This document shows positions 35,456 to 46,500 of a DNA stretch of 64,000 nucleotides, in pieces. How positions within the stretch are numbered: the stretch's first letter is position 1; each line of letters starts with the position of its first letter. The DNA comes from an uncultured Pseudomonadota bacterium (GTDB taxonomy: Bacteria; Pseudomonadota; Gammaproteobacteria; Xanthomonadales; Rhodanobacteraceae). The stretch covers positions 37,136 through 101,135 of the forward strand of contig CAVQCW010000008.1 in NCBI GenBank assembly GCA_963711075.1, given 5' to 3'. The position numbers were made by a program, and so were the translations under genes. The notes beneath the pieces are model-generated. The model had not been told where the DNA came from. It saw only the letters and a list, made by a program, of their open reading frames with translations, and did no database searches.

Positions 35456-38400
35456 CTACGACAGCGCGTTGCGGCGCCGCTGTGCGCGCTTCTCCTTGCG
35501 GCGTTTCGAGCGACGGGCGAAGACGAGGTAAATCGCCGGGGTCGAGAGCAAGGTGAGACTCTGCGAAAAAACCAGTCCGCCGAGCATGGCGATACCGAGC
35601 GGGCGGCGCAACGCCGCGCCCGTGCCAATGCCGACGACCAACGGCACCGAAGCCAGAATGGCGACCATGGTGGTCATCATGATCGGGCGAAAGCGTGCCA
35701 GGCAAGCTTCACGCACGGCCTCGAGCGGTGCCTTGCCTTCGCGTTCGGCGACCAGCGCGAAGTCGATCATCATGATCGCGTTTTTCTTCACCAGACCGAT
35801 CAGCAGCACCAGCGCCATGATCGCGACGATCGACAGTGGCGTGCCAGTTGCCAGCAACGCCAGCAGCGCGCCGACTCCGGCAGCAGGCAAAGTCGAGAGA
35901 ATCGTCACCGGGTGAATCAGGTTCTCGTACAACATGCCCAGCACCAGATACACCGCAATGATCGCGCCGATCAGCAGCAGCGGCATTTGCGTCATCTGCT
36001 GCTGGAAACGTCGGAACGAGTCGCCGAAGCCGAGCGTGATATCGCCGGGCATGCGCATGTCGCTGATGGTCTTTCTTATTTGCTCGGTAGCCTCGCCCAT
36101 GCTCACGCCTGGCGTGAGGTTGAAACTCAGCGACATGCTGGTCATCTGGTTGGTGTGGCTGATCTGACTCGGCGCGATGGTGGATTGCTGCTGCGCGATC
36201 TCACTGATCGGAATCATCTGTCCGTTGCCGGATCGCACGTGGATGGTTTCCAGCGCAGCGGGTGACGACGCCTGCGATGGCAGTGCCGTCAGCACCACCT
36301 GATATTGGTTGGTATCGGAGTAGATGGTCGAGATCGTGCGCTGCCCGAACGCGTTGTAGAGCGCATCATCCACATCCGCCATCGACACGCCCAGTCGCGC
36401 TGCCTTGGCGCGATCGACCACCATGTTCTGCAAGAGCGAGGCATCATCCAGATCTGTGCCGACTTCCGTGAACATCGGATTCTTCTGCAATTGCGCCTGC
36501 AACTTCGGCAACCACTCCTCGATCTCTGTGGCACTGTTGCCCTGCAGCTCCACGCTGTACTGGCCACCCTGACTGGTGCCGCCCGAGCCGCTGGGCAGGT
36601 CTTCATGCGCGCGCAGTCGCACATCCAGATCGGGATAGCGCGCCACTTTGGCGGACAGCCGCGCCACGACCAATTGCGTGGATTGCTTGCGACCTTCGCC
36701 CAGCGGTTTCAGCTGGATGCTGATCCATCCGCTGGCGCCGCGTCGACCGGTACCGATCGACGCGCCGACATATTCGACGTCCGGATCGTCGCGCAACGCC
36801 TTCATGATCGTGCTGGTGCGAGTTTCGAGATCGGCGAACGACATCGTCATGCTGGCGCTGGCACGACCCCAGATCAGGCCGCTGTCCTGCGGCGGGAAGC
36901 TGGTACCGGGAACTTCATGAAACAGGAAAATCGTGAGGATCAACAGCGGCAGCGGTGACCATGCCATCAGCCTGTGGTGCTTGTGCAGTGTCCAGTCCAG
37001 CATGCGCGTGTACGCGGCGAGCATGCCGGCGTGGAAACGATCCAGCGCCCGTCCGAACCGCGACGGGACCTCATCGCGCACGGTATGGTGACGCAGGTAG
37101 AGGCCGCAAAGCGTCGGCGTCAATGTGAGCGAGACCAGCATCGACACGAAGATGGCGGCGACCAGCGTCACCGTGAACTCGCGGAAGAACATGCCGATCA
37201 CGCCCGGCGCAAACAGGATCGGAGTGAATACCGCAATGAGCGAAGCCGTGATCGCGATAATGGTGAAACCGATCTCCTTGGCACCCGCGAGCGCTGCCTG
37301 CATCCGCGTTTGTCCCTCGTCCAGATGCCGGATGATGTTCTCGATCACGACGATGGCGTCATCGACCACGAACGTCAGCGCGATCACCAGCGCCAGCAGC
37401 GACAGGTTGTCCAGCGTGTAACCCATCACATACATCACGCCAAAGGCGCCGCACAACGACAACGGTACCGCCGCCGCTGCAATCAGTGTCGGCGCCATGC
37501 GGCGCAGGAACAATGCCATCGTAAGCACCACCATCATCAGACTGATCAGCAACGTGATCTGCACGTCGTCGACGGAGTCGCGGATGGTTGGTGTACCGTC
37601 AAAATACGGCGTCAATTGCGTTCCCGGAGGGAGCAACCCGCGCAGACCGGGCAATTCCGCCTTGATCGCATCTACCGTCTGAATCACGTTGGCATCGGAG
37701 CGCTTGAAAATCTGCAACTGGATTGAGCGCTTGCCGTTGAAGTAGGCGGCCTGGAAACTGTCCTGCGCGCCCTGGTACACGTTGGCGACGTCGCGCAGAT
37801 AGATGGGCGTGCCGGCATTATTGGCGATGACCAGGTCGGCAAAATCGCGCGCCGTGTGCAACTGGTCGGTTGCGGATATCGCGGTCGCGGTCTTGCCGTC
37901 GCTGAGCATGCCTTGCGGCGATCGGACATTCGCTGCGGTGACCGCATTGCGAATCTGGTTGGACGAAAGGCCCAGGGCTTCGAGCTTGTGCAGATCCACG
38001 TCCACGCGCACCGCAGGTTGGGCGCTGCCGGAAACCTCCACCGACGCCACACCCGGCAACTGGCTCAGTCGCGGCTGCAGCAAGGTGTTGGCCGCGTCGT
38101 AAAGTTCGGACAACGGCTGCGTGTCGGAAGTGAGCGCCAGCTCGATCGCCGGATCGTCGTTAGGATTGGCCTTGTGCCACTGCGGCATCTGCAATCCGGC
38201 GGGCAGATCGGGCACGGCAGCGTTCACCGCCGCGTCGACCTGCTGCGCGGCAGAGTCCAGATTCACATCGGAATCGAAGAAGAGGATGACGAAGCCGCTG
38301 CCGTTGGAGCTGCGCGAGCGCATCATCTCTATGCCCGGCGTCTGACCCAGATGACGTTCCAGCGGCGCGATGACCGTGGTCGACATCGTGTCGGCGTTGG

Positions 38401-38560
38401 CGCCCGCCTCGCTCGCGGCGACCCAGATGGCCGGAAACGACACCTGTGGCAGCGCACTGATTCCCAGCAGCGTGTAACACAGGCCGCCGGCCACCAACAC
38501 GCCCAGTGCCAGCAGCGAGGTGCCGATCGGTCTGCGGATGAACGGGCCGGAAATGTTCAT
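35456..38560 (-). CDS. mdtC: RND multidrug efflux permease, MdtC-like
   Basis: FIRRPIGTSLL N-terminus and a 12-TM RND architecture. It is the second of two tandem RND genes after an MFP gene. Confidence 0.85.
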   Translation of the reverse strand: MNISGPFIRRPIGTSLLALGVLVAGGLCYTLLGISALPQVSFPAIWVAASEAGANADTMSTTVIAPLERHLGQTPGIEMMRSRSSNGSGFVILFFDSDVNLDSAAQQVDAAVNAAVPDLPAGLQMPQWHKANPNDDPAIELALTSDTQPLSELYDAANTLLQPRLSQLPGVASVEVSGSAQPAVRVDVDLHKLEALGLSSNQIRNAVTAANVRSPQGMLSDGKTATAISATDQLHTARDFADLVIANNAGTPIYLRDVANVYQGAQDSFQAAYFNGKRSIQLQIFKRSDANVIQTVDAIKAELPGLRGLLPPGTQLTPYFDGTPTIRDSVDDVQITLLISLMMVVLTMALFLRRMAPTLIAAAAVPLSLCGAFGVMYVMGYTLDNLSLLALVIALTFVVDDAIVVIENIIRHLDEGQTRMQAALAGAKEIGFTIIAITASLIAVFTPILFAPGVIGMFFREFTVTLVAAIFVSMLVSLTLTPTLCGLYLRHHTVRDEVPSRFGRALDRFHAGMLAAYTRMLDWTLHKHHRLMAWSPLPLLILTIFLFHEVPGTSFPPQDSGLIWGRASASMTMSFADLETRTSTIMKALRDDPDVEYVGASIGTGRRGASGWISIQLKPLGEGRKQSTQLVVARLSAKVARYPDLDVRLRAHEDLPSGSGGTSQGGQYSVELQGNSATEIEEWLPKLQAQLQKNPMFTEVGTDLDDASLLQNMVVDRAKAARLGVSMADVDDALYNAFGQRTISTIYSDTNQYQVVLTALPSQASSPAALETIHVRSGNGQMIPISEIAQQQSTIAPSQISHTNQMTSMSLSFNLTPGVSMGEATEQIRKTISDMRMPGDITLGFGDSFRRFQQQMTQMPLLLIGAIIAVYLVLGMLYENLIHPVTILSTLPAAGVGALLALLATGTPLSIVAIMALVLLIGLVKKNAIMMIDFALVAEREGKAPLEAVREACLARFRPIMMTTMVAILASVPLVVGIGTGAALRRPLGIAMLGGLVFSQSLTLLSTPAIYLVFARRSKRRKEKRAQRRRNALS

Positions 38561-38570
38561 GCTGCGCCAA

Positions 38571-41500
38571 TCATTCGGCGCCTTGCGCGGCCAGCTCGCC
38601 GCGCTGCGCACGCCACGCGTGCAACCATTCCTGGAAGCGTTCCATGTACAGATAAATCACCGGCGTGGTGTATAGCGTCACCAGTTGCGAGAGCAGCAGG
38701 CCACCCACGATCGACACGCCGAGCGGACGCCGCAGTTCCGAGCCGATGCCGTTGCCCAACGCCAACGGAAGCGCGCCGAACAGCGCGGCGAATGTGGTCA
38801 TCATGATCGGGCGGAAGCGCAGCAGGCATGCGCGACGTATCGCATCGTGCGCGTTCATGCCGCCGCGCTGCGCGGTGATCGCGAAGTCGATCATCATGAT
38901 CGCGTTTTTCTTTACGATGCCCACCAGCAACACGATGCCGACGATGCCGTCGACCGACAGCGGCATGCCGAACAGCATCAGCGCCAGCAGTGCGCCGACA
39001 CCCGCGGGCGGGAGCGACGAGAGAATCGTCAATGGATGGATGTAACTTTCATACAGCACACCCAGAACGATGTAGATGACGATGATCGCGGCAAGCACCA
39101 GCAACAGCTCGTTGCCGACCGACGACGAGAATTCGGCGGCCTCGCCGATGAATCCGGTGCGCACCTGCGGCGGGAAGTTCATCGAAGCCGCAGTCCGGTT
39201 GATGCCGTCGACTGCCTGCGAAAGCGAATACCCCGGCGCCACATTGAACGAGATGATCACTGCCGGCAACTGGTTCTGGTGTGCGATCACCAACTGCGCG
39301 TCGGTAGTGGTAGCACTCGCCAATGTCGACAACGGCACGGTGTTGCCACCGCCGGTAAGAATGCCGGTGTTGGATTGCCCGATGCCTGTCGCCGTCGAGG
39401 AATTTGACGACTTCAACATGCCCAGACTGGTGGCGTTGGTGCCCGTAAGCGCACCACTCGCGCCGTTCGAGCGCACCCGCAACATGTTCATCAGATCGGA
39501 ACGGTTGCGGAATTGCGGCGCGACTTCAAGGACCACGCGATATTGGTTCTGCTGGGTGAAGATGGTCGAGATCTGGCGCTGACCGTAGGCGTCGTACAAG
39601 GTATCGTCGATGGTTTGCACCGGTACACCGAGACGACTCGCCGAGGTACGGTCGATATTCAATTGCAGCGCGCGCCCGTTCATCGCCAGATTGCTGCCGA
39701 CATCGACCAGTTCGGGAAGTTGCTTGATCGCCTGCACCATCTTCTGTGCATAGGGGACGAGATCCCTGGCGCTGATCTCGGACACCGCGTACTGGTAGGC
39801 GGTCGGCGCGACAGTGGTATCGAGCGTGATGTCCTGCACCGGCTTCAGGAACAATTGCACGCCGGCAATCCCGGCGACATCGCGCTGCAGATCGGCAACG
39901 ACCTTGTCGAGGCTGCCGCGCTTGCCGCGCGCCTTCAGCACGATGCTGACCTGGCCCTGGTTGAGGGTCGGATTGACTTCGCCAGCGCCGATAAACGCGG
40001 CCACTCCGGCGACCGCCTCATCGTGGCGCAACGCGGCAACCACCGCCTTCGTGTAATTTTCCATCGCTGGAAACGCGATGTCGCTGTCGGCCTGTACCAC
40101 ACCGGTAATGATGCCGGTGTCCTGTTCGGGCAACAGGTCTTTTGGAATGATCACGTACAGCAAGCCTGTCAGCAGCAACGAAGCCGTCGCGATGACCATG
40201 GTGATGCGGCGACTGCGCAGCACCCAGTCCAGGCTGGCTTCGTACCATCCCAGCATCCTCGCGTAGAAGCCGCGACGATTCTCCATCGCCGCCTCGTCGC
40301 CAACCGGCAGCGAGCCGCGCTTGAGCAGGTACGCACACATCATCGGCGTAAGGGTCAACGACACCAGCATCGATATCGCGACCGCAATGGCGAGCACCCA
40401 GGCGAATTCGTGGAACAGCCGCCCGGTAACGCCTGGCATCAGCAGCAACGGCAGGAACACCGCGATCAGCGAAACCGTCAGCGAAAGCACGGTGAAACCG
40501 ATTTCGCGCGCGCCGATCTCGGCGGCTTCGCGCCCCTCCTTGCCTTGTTCGAGATAGCGCACGATGTTCTCGATCATCACGATCGCGTCGTCGACCACGA
40601 AGCCAGTGGCCACGGTCAAGGCCATCAGCGACAGGTTGTCCAGCGAAAATCCCACCGCCGACATCACCGCGAACGTACCCATCAGCGACAACGGCACGGC
40701 AACCGCTGGAATCACGGTCGCCCACAGGCGGCGCAGGAACATGAAAATCACCGCGACCACCAGCGCAATCGCAATCAGCAACGACATCTCGACATCGTGG
40801 ACCGACGCTCGGATGGTCACGGTGCGATCGGCGAACGCTTGAAGGTGCACGCCAGCCGGCAACGCCGATCGCAACGACGGCAGGGTCTGCTGGATCAGAT
40901 CGACGGTGTTGATGATGTTGGCACCGGGTTGACGACGGATATCCAGCAGCACGGCGGGTTTGCCGTTCGCCCACGCTGCGAGTTGGTCGTTCTCGACTCC
41001 ATCGATGACGCGGGCGACATCCGACAATTTGACCGGCGCGCCATTCTTGTAGGAAATGATGGTGTTGGCGTAGTCCGAAGCGCTTTGCAACTGGTCGTTG
41101 GTGCCGATCTGGTAGGTCTGCACGGCTCCGTTCAAGGAACCTTTTGCCGCGTTGACGTTGGCCTGGGTCAGCGCGCTGCGCACGTCCTCCATGGTCAGGC
41201 CGAGATTGCCGAGCTTGCCTGGATCGACCTGCACACGAACCGCCGGGCGCACGTTGCCGGCAATTGAAACGAGACCGACACCGGTTATCTGCGCCAGGCG
41301 TTGCGCGAGGATCGAATCGGCAAAATCGTTGACGTCGCGCAGCGGCATGCTTTCGGAGGTCAATGCCAGCGTCATGATCGGCGCATCGGCGGGATTGACG
41401 CGCTTGTAGATCGGCGGGTATGGCAGGCTGCCCGGCAGACGCGCGGTACGCAGTGCTGACTGCACGTCCTGCGCGGCGACATCCAGATTCGTATCGATCG

Positions 41501-41834
41501 CGAACTGCAGGGTGATGCTGGACAGGCCCACGGAACTGTTCGAGCTCATCATCGTGAGCCCGCTGATCTGGCCGAGTTGCTGTTCGAGCGGCGTGGTGAC
41601 CAGGGTGGCGACGGTGTCCGCACTTGCACCCGGATATTGCGTTGTCACCACCAGACTGGGCGCTTCGACCTCGGGCAATGCCGAGACGGGCAACGCGCGA
41701 TAGCCGATGATGCCGAGCAGCAACACCGCCATCATCAACAGCGACGTCGCGATCGGACGGCGGATGAAGATGCTGGAAAATGCCACCGGTTCCATGTTCG
41801 CCGGTTCCATGTTGGAGTCTTCGTCAGCGCTCAA
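38571..41834 (-). CDS. mdtB: RND multidrug efflux permease, MdtB-like (start ambiguous: TTG 41834, ATG 41810 or ATG 41795)
   Basis: FIRRPIATSLLM N-terminus and RND architecture. See the tandem 15-nt repeat at its 5' end. Confidence 0.85.
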   Translation of the reverse strand: MSADEDSNMEPANMEPVAFSSIFIRRPIATSLLMMAVLLLGIIGYRALPVSALPEVEAPSLVVTTQYPGASADTVATLVTTPLEQQLGQISGLTMMSSNSSVGLSSITLQFAIDTNLDVAAQDVQSALRTARLPGSLPYPPIYKRVNPADAPIMTLALTSESMPLRDVNDFADSILAQRLAQITGVGLVSIAGNVRPAVRVQVDPGKLGNLGLTMEDVRSALTQANVNAAKGSLNGAVQTYQIGTNDQLQSASDYANTIISYKNGAPVKLSDVARVIDGVENDQLAAWANGKPAVLLDIRRQPGANIINTVDLIQQTLPSLRSALPAGVHLQAFADRTVTIRASVHDVEMSLLIAIALVVAVIFMFLRRLWATVIPAVAVPLSLMGTFAVMSAVGFSLDNLSLMALTVATGFVVDDAIVMIENIVRYLEQGKEGREAAEIGAREIGFTVLSLTVSLIAVFLPLLLMPGVTGRLFHEFAWVLAIAVAISMLVSLTLTPMMCAYLLKRGSLPVGDEAAMENRRGFYARMLGWYEASLDWVLRSRRITMVIATASLLLTGLLYVIIPKDLLPEQDTGIITGVVQADSDIAFPAMENYTKAVVAALRHDEAVAGVAAFIGAGEVNPTLNQGQVSIVLKARGKRGSLDKVVADLQRDVAGIAGVQLFLKPVQDITLDTTVAPTAYQYAVSEISARDLVPYAQKMVQAIKQLPELVDVGSNLAMNGRALQLNIDRTSASRLGVPVQTIDDTLYDAYGQRQISTIFTQQNQYRVVLEVAPQFRNRSDLMNMLRVRSNGASGALTGTNATSLGMLKSSNSSTATGIGQSNTGILTGGGNTVPLSTLASATTTDAQLVIAHQNQLPAVIISFNVAPGYSLSQAVDGINRTAASMNFPPQVRTGFIGEAAEFSSSVGNELLLVLAAIIVIYIVLGVLYESYIHPLTILSSLPPAGVGALLALMLFGMPLSVDGIVGIVLLVGIVKKNAIMMIDFAITAQRGGMNAHDAIRRACLLRFRPIMMTTFAALFGALPLALGNGIGSELRRPLGVSIVGGLLLSQLVTLYTTPVIYLYMERFQEWLHAWRAQRGELAAQGAE
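41784..41813. repeat. Tandem 15-nt duplication (caccggttccatgtt / cgccggttccatgtt) at the mdtB 5' end
   Basis: Read directly from the sequence. It encodes MEPAN-MEPVA on the minus strand and duplicates an ATG. Confidence 0.8.
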
Positions 41835-43114
41835 TGGTGCCCGTGCCCACGTTCGCCACCGGCCTTGGCCGCCTGCTTGATCTCCTCGGCGGTCGGTGGC
41901 AACGGCACTTCGCCGGGTTTCATCGTCAGCACCTTGCTGCCCTGTTTCAGGCGAAATTGTCCGGCGGTGACGACAAGATCGCCGGCCTTGAGACCCTTGC
42001 TGACGATCAGCCCGTTGTCGCCGGCTTCGCCGCCCTGCGTGACCGGTTGCATCTGGACGTACTTGGCCGGCTTGTCGACGTGAGCCGCACCGCGTTGGCG
42101 GCTGTGTTGGGCGGTTGCGCTATCCTGCGTGGCGGCGTGGGCCGGCGGGGCATCGGTGATCAGCCACACGTATTCGCCGTTTGGTCCGCGCTGGACTGCC
42201 GCCGTCGGCACCACCAGTGCGTTCGCGTTGACCCCGACCTGAAGTCGAATGTTGGCATATTCGCCGGGATACAAGCGATCGTCGGTGTTGGGGAATTCGG
42301 CCTTGACCTTGAACTGCCCGCTGCTGGAATCGATTTGGTTGTCGATCACCTTCAACGTGCCATCGGCTTCAACCACGTTGTTGGCGGCATCCAGCACTGC
42401 AACCTGCAACGGTGCCTTGTCCTGCGCGGCGCGCACCTGGTCGAGATAAGTACCCGCCAGCGAAAAGATCACATCGATGGGGCTCATCTCGGTCACGGTC
42501 ACGATCGTGGTGGACGTGGTGATCACGTTGCCCGGATCGACCTGCCGGATGCCGGCGACACCATCGATCGGCGACGTCACCTTGGTGAAACCCAGTTGCA
42601 CTCTGGTGCTGGCGATCGACGCATCATCGGCCGCCAACGCACCTTGATATTGCGTCACCGTGTTGCTTTGCGTGATACGGTCGATCTGGGCGACATACTG
42701 CTTGTACTGCGGGCTTTCGGAACGCTCCAGATTTGCTTTCGCGGTCGACAGCAGGGTCGCATCCTGCGCACGCTTGGCCAGCACCTGATCGAGCTGCGCC
42801 TGCAACGTGCGTGGATCGATCTCGGCCAGCACCTGGCCCTTGGTCACCGGTTTGCCTTCGACAAATCCGAGTTTGAGCAATTGACCACCTACCTGTGGCT
42901 GTACGTTCACGGTATTGATCGGTTGCACCGTGCCTTGCGTGGTCAGGTAGACCGGTACGTTTTGCGTGGCGGCAGGCACAACCGTCACCGGTACCGCGGC
43001 ACTGGTGCCGCCGTCGCCGGCGTCTGCGCCGTGCTGGCCGCGGAAAACGCGCCACAGGACAAGGGCCAAAATGACGACGCCGATCAGCGTCAAGATCCAT
43101 TTGCTTCGCGACAT
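41831..43114 (-). CDS. mdtA: RND efflux periplasmic adaptor (membrane fusion protein), MdtA-like
   Basis: N-terminal anchor, lipoyl/barrel-sandwich hybrid blocks (VQPQVGGQLLKLGFVEGKPVTKGQVLAEIDPR), and a His-rich tail. Confidence 0.88.
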   Translation of the reverse strand: MSRSKWILTLIGVVILALVLWRVFRGQHGADAGDGGTSAAVPVTVVPAATQNVPVYLTTQGTVQPINTVNVQPQVGGQLLKLGFVEGKPVTKGQVLAEIDPRTLQAQLDQVLAKRAQDATLLSTAKANLERSESPQYKQYVAQIDRITQSNTVTQYQGALAADDASIASTRVQLGFTKVTSPIDGVAGIRQVDPGNVITTSTTIVTVTEMSPIDVIFSLAGTYLDQVRAAQDKAPLQVAVLDAANNVVEADGTLKVIDNQIDSSSGQFKVKAEFPNTDDRLYPGEYANIRLQVGVNANALVVPTAAVQRGPNGEYVWLITDAPPAHAATQDSATAQHSRQRGAAHVDKPAKYVQMQPVTQGGEAGDNGLIVSKGLKAGDLVVTAGQFRLKQGSKVLTMKPGEVPLPPTAEEIKQAAKAGGERGHGHH

Positions 43115-43500
43115 GGGTGTCGTCCGGGAGTTTGCAGAGTTGAAAAGGCTTGGACCATCCGAGCGGAAAACGGTTCACCGATCGAGCGTTCCGAATGTCC
43201 CCATGTTACTGGATTCCTGGCGTTTCGCGCCCATGACATTCGGCACGGGTGAAGCATTACGCAATGCAACGCCAGCATGCGGCTGGCGAAAGATCACATA
43301 GCATCAACCGGCAGTTTGCGCCCCGGATCAAGTCCGGGCAGGCTTGGGGCATGGTGCCGAAGGTACGAAGTCGAAGGCTGTATGCGGTCGCCTCCAATTC
43401 CGCTCTCGTCGTGGCGTCGCTCGCGCCGCGGCTGTATCGGAAGGCAAAAGGTACCGTTGCCGTCATGTTGCAAGAGCAAACACAACGTCGACACGCCGCG

Positions 43501-46500
43501 TCAGCGCCAATCACCGGCTGCGATGAATCCACTCCAGTAGAACGGCCGCGTCGATTGTCCGGCGTGACGCCGCGCGACGAGGGTGTCGCGCATCGCCGTA
43601 TGCATGGCATCGATCGTGCTCGCATGCCTCTGCAGACGCGCCCGGTACAGCGACTGCATGAATTGCCCGGTCGCCAGATCATCAACTCGCCACAGGCTCA
43701 TGATCACACTGCGCACCCCGGCCAGATGGAACGCATGCTGCAGGCCGAGCACGCCCTCGTGCGCAGTTGTCTGCCCGAGCGCGGTCTCGCATGCTGAAAG
43801 CACCGCCCAGTCGACCTTCGACAGGTCCATCCCCGCGATCTCATCGCTGGTGAGCAAGCCGTCATCGGCGCTGTCTGCGCTGCCGCGATTGGCGCCACTG
43901 AACGCCAATGCTGCCAGTGGCGCGCGCGGCACTGCCAAGCCGGATGCGGCGGTGTCGACGGTAATCACGCCGCGGCTCGTACGGGCGGTGTCCGCGGCAC
44001 CGCAATGCTGGCCCAGATACACGCCGTGGGTGGCGAAATGCAGGATGCCGGCGTCGAGTACCGCCGTGCGCACACGCGCCTCGGTCGCGGCGGCGCCGGT
44101 GAGTAGAACGCGGTCCAGATGTTGACCCGCGGCCAGGCGTGACAGCTCGTCCAGCTCGCTACGCGCACCGGGCAAGGGCTGGAACGGCGCGCTGCGCAGT
44201 CCCAGGCAATCGCCACGCGTTGCCACGCCGACGCCCGCGACGAAGTCCGGCGCACCTGCCAGCAGCAGCGAATGCGGCCTGTGCGCCGGTGGCAGTAACA
44301 GGTCGCGCTCCCGGTTCAGGAACTGGAAGCGTGGTCCGGACTCGACCAGAAACTGCCCGTCGTTGCGTTCAAGCGCAGCGAAATTGACCCGCTCAATACT
44401 TGCTGACGGCACGATCAGGATACGGCTACCGGATGTGGCCGCTGCCAGCGGATCCCAGACCAGCTGGCGCAATGTCCTCGACGCCTCCGACAATCGCGCA
44501 GCATCGGCCGTCGGGTCGGACGCAAGGCGATACCACCTCGCGGCGACCTGCGAGACGACGTCCGCATCGCCGAGAGTAAGTAGGCGAACGGGACAGCCAC
44601 GTCGGCCAACCAACACGCGCAGCAACTTCTGCGCGCGATCCGACTGAGCGTAACCCTGCGGACGATCGGCCGCGTTCTCGGTGAAGCTGGCCAGCACCGT
44701 GTCGGCCGACAGCGCGGCGAGTACATCGCCGATGCTGCGTTGCCGCAACGCCAACCGCCGGCCAACCTCGCCGCTGGCAGCAGCCAGTTTCAGTTCACTG
44801 GCATCAAACGCGCCATTCGCAGCGATGAATTGTGCGTATTCAGCTTCCCCGGGTGATCGCGCCAGCGCAACGCGCGCCAGCGCCAGCACCTTGTTGCGCG
44901 CCTGCCAATCGCGCCACAGTGGCACCAGTGTCGGGTCGCGCGCCGCGCGCGCATTCGCCAAACGACGCGCGGCAATCGCTGAAACCAGACCGTTGGACTC
45001 CAGCACGGCTTGCCAGACCGCCCGCAATTGCGCCTGATCCCGCGTGATCGACGCAATCGCCAGCATGCGTTCGATGCCGCCGGGAATGCCGCCGATACCG
45101 GTCATTGCGCGATGCTCGTCCAGATCCGTCGCGGCCGCTGTGCGTACCAGCGCCGCAGAACGCTCCGCCCGTTCGGCGACAATAAACGCCTCGTCGAGTT
45201 TGCCTTCGCCCCACAGTGCGCCGGCCAGGCCATTCAGCGTCGCGGCAGGATTTTGCGAGGAAAAATCCGCGTGTGGAGGAAAGCGCCCCAGATGCTTGCG
45301 ATACACAGCTTCGGCCTGCGCATAGCGGCCCTGCAAACGCAGCACCTGGCCAAGCGCCGTTTCCGCACCAAATACCCAAGGCGTGTGCAAGCCAGTGCGT
45401 TCGGCATAGTTCAGCGAGCGTCGTGCGGCACGATCCTCACCCGCCACTTGTCCCAGATCGCCGAGCACGTAGGCTAGCGTCGCATAGGCCGACGCCAGTT
45501 CGAATGCCGGCGGACTCGGCAACGCTTCAAGTCCCGCAACCGCAGCCTGGCAATGCGGTTCGGCATCGCGCACTTGTCCGGCCGGGGCTAGCGTGTTGCA
45601 CAGCTCGTAATTCGCCATCGCCGCGGAAAACCCGCCAAGCACTGGATATTTCGCTTCCACGGCGAGTTCGCGCTCGAAAAATCTGCGCGCGAGTACAGTA
45701 TTGTGATTGGCTTCCTCGAGCTGTGCGCGCGTGTGCAGCGTGGCGACGTGAATCGCGGGACTGTACGGCTTCGCCGCGGCAGCGACCGTTACGGCGCGCT
45801 CGCCGAACCGCATCGCCTCGGCAAACCGACCTTTCTCGTGCAGCAACGGCACGCGCAGGCGCAATAATTCCGCTTGCAATGGGTGGTTCGGCACGTGAGC
45901 CTGCGCCAATGAAGCGGCGGCCTGGTCCAGCGCCTGCGCCGCATCGCCGGGTTTTCCCGAATACAGCAACGGCATGACCAGCCACGACTGCGCCCGGGCG
46001 CGCTCCAGAGGCGCCAGCGCGTCGCGCCGGGACAGTCCCTTGCGGATCAGTTCGATCGCCTCGGCGAAGTGCGTACGCTGATTGCGTCGGGCAAATCCGA
46101 GATTGATATTGGCGAGCGCGTGCTCCCTCGCGCCGGCGCTCTGACCGAGCTCAGCGACGATCTTCCAGGCGCGCTCAAATTGGGCTGCGGCGGCATCGTT
46201 AGCGTTTCGTGCGGCCAGCGCAAACCCCAGTCGGCTCAGAGCATGAGCGTAGGCCAGCGACCCTGATCCGTCGTGGCGGACGCGCAATGCCAGCTCGCGA
46301 CGAGCCAGCGCTTCCACGGCAACCGCATCGGTGTCGACCCGGTAATCGGCAAGTTCGGCATCGATGCGCTGTGCCAGTGCATCAATGCTGAGTGGCCCTG
46401 TGGTATCGGCTCCGGCGACTCCTGACGCGTGAACATCCGCATGCGCCATGTCCGAACGACGCGCATGCGCTGGTGCGGCGAGCGCCAGCAATATTACGCA

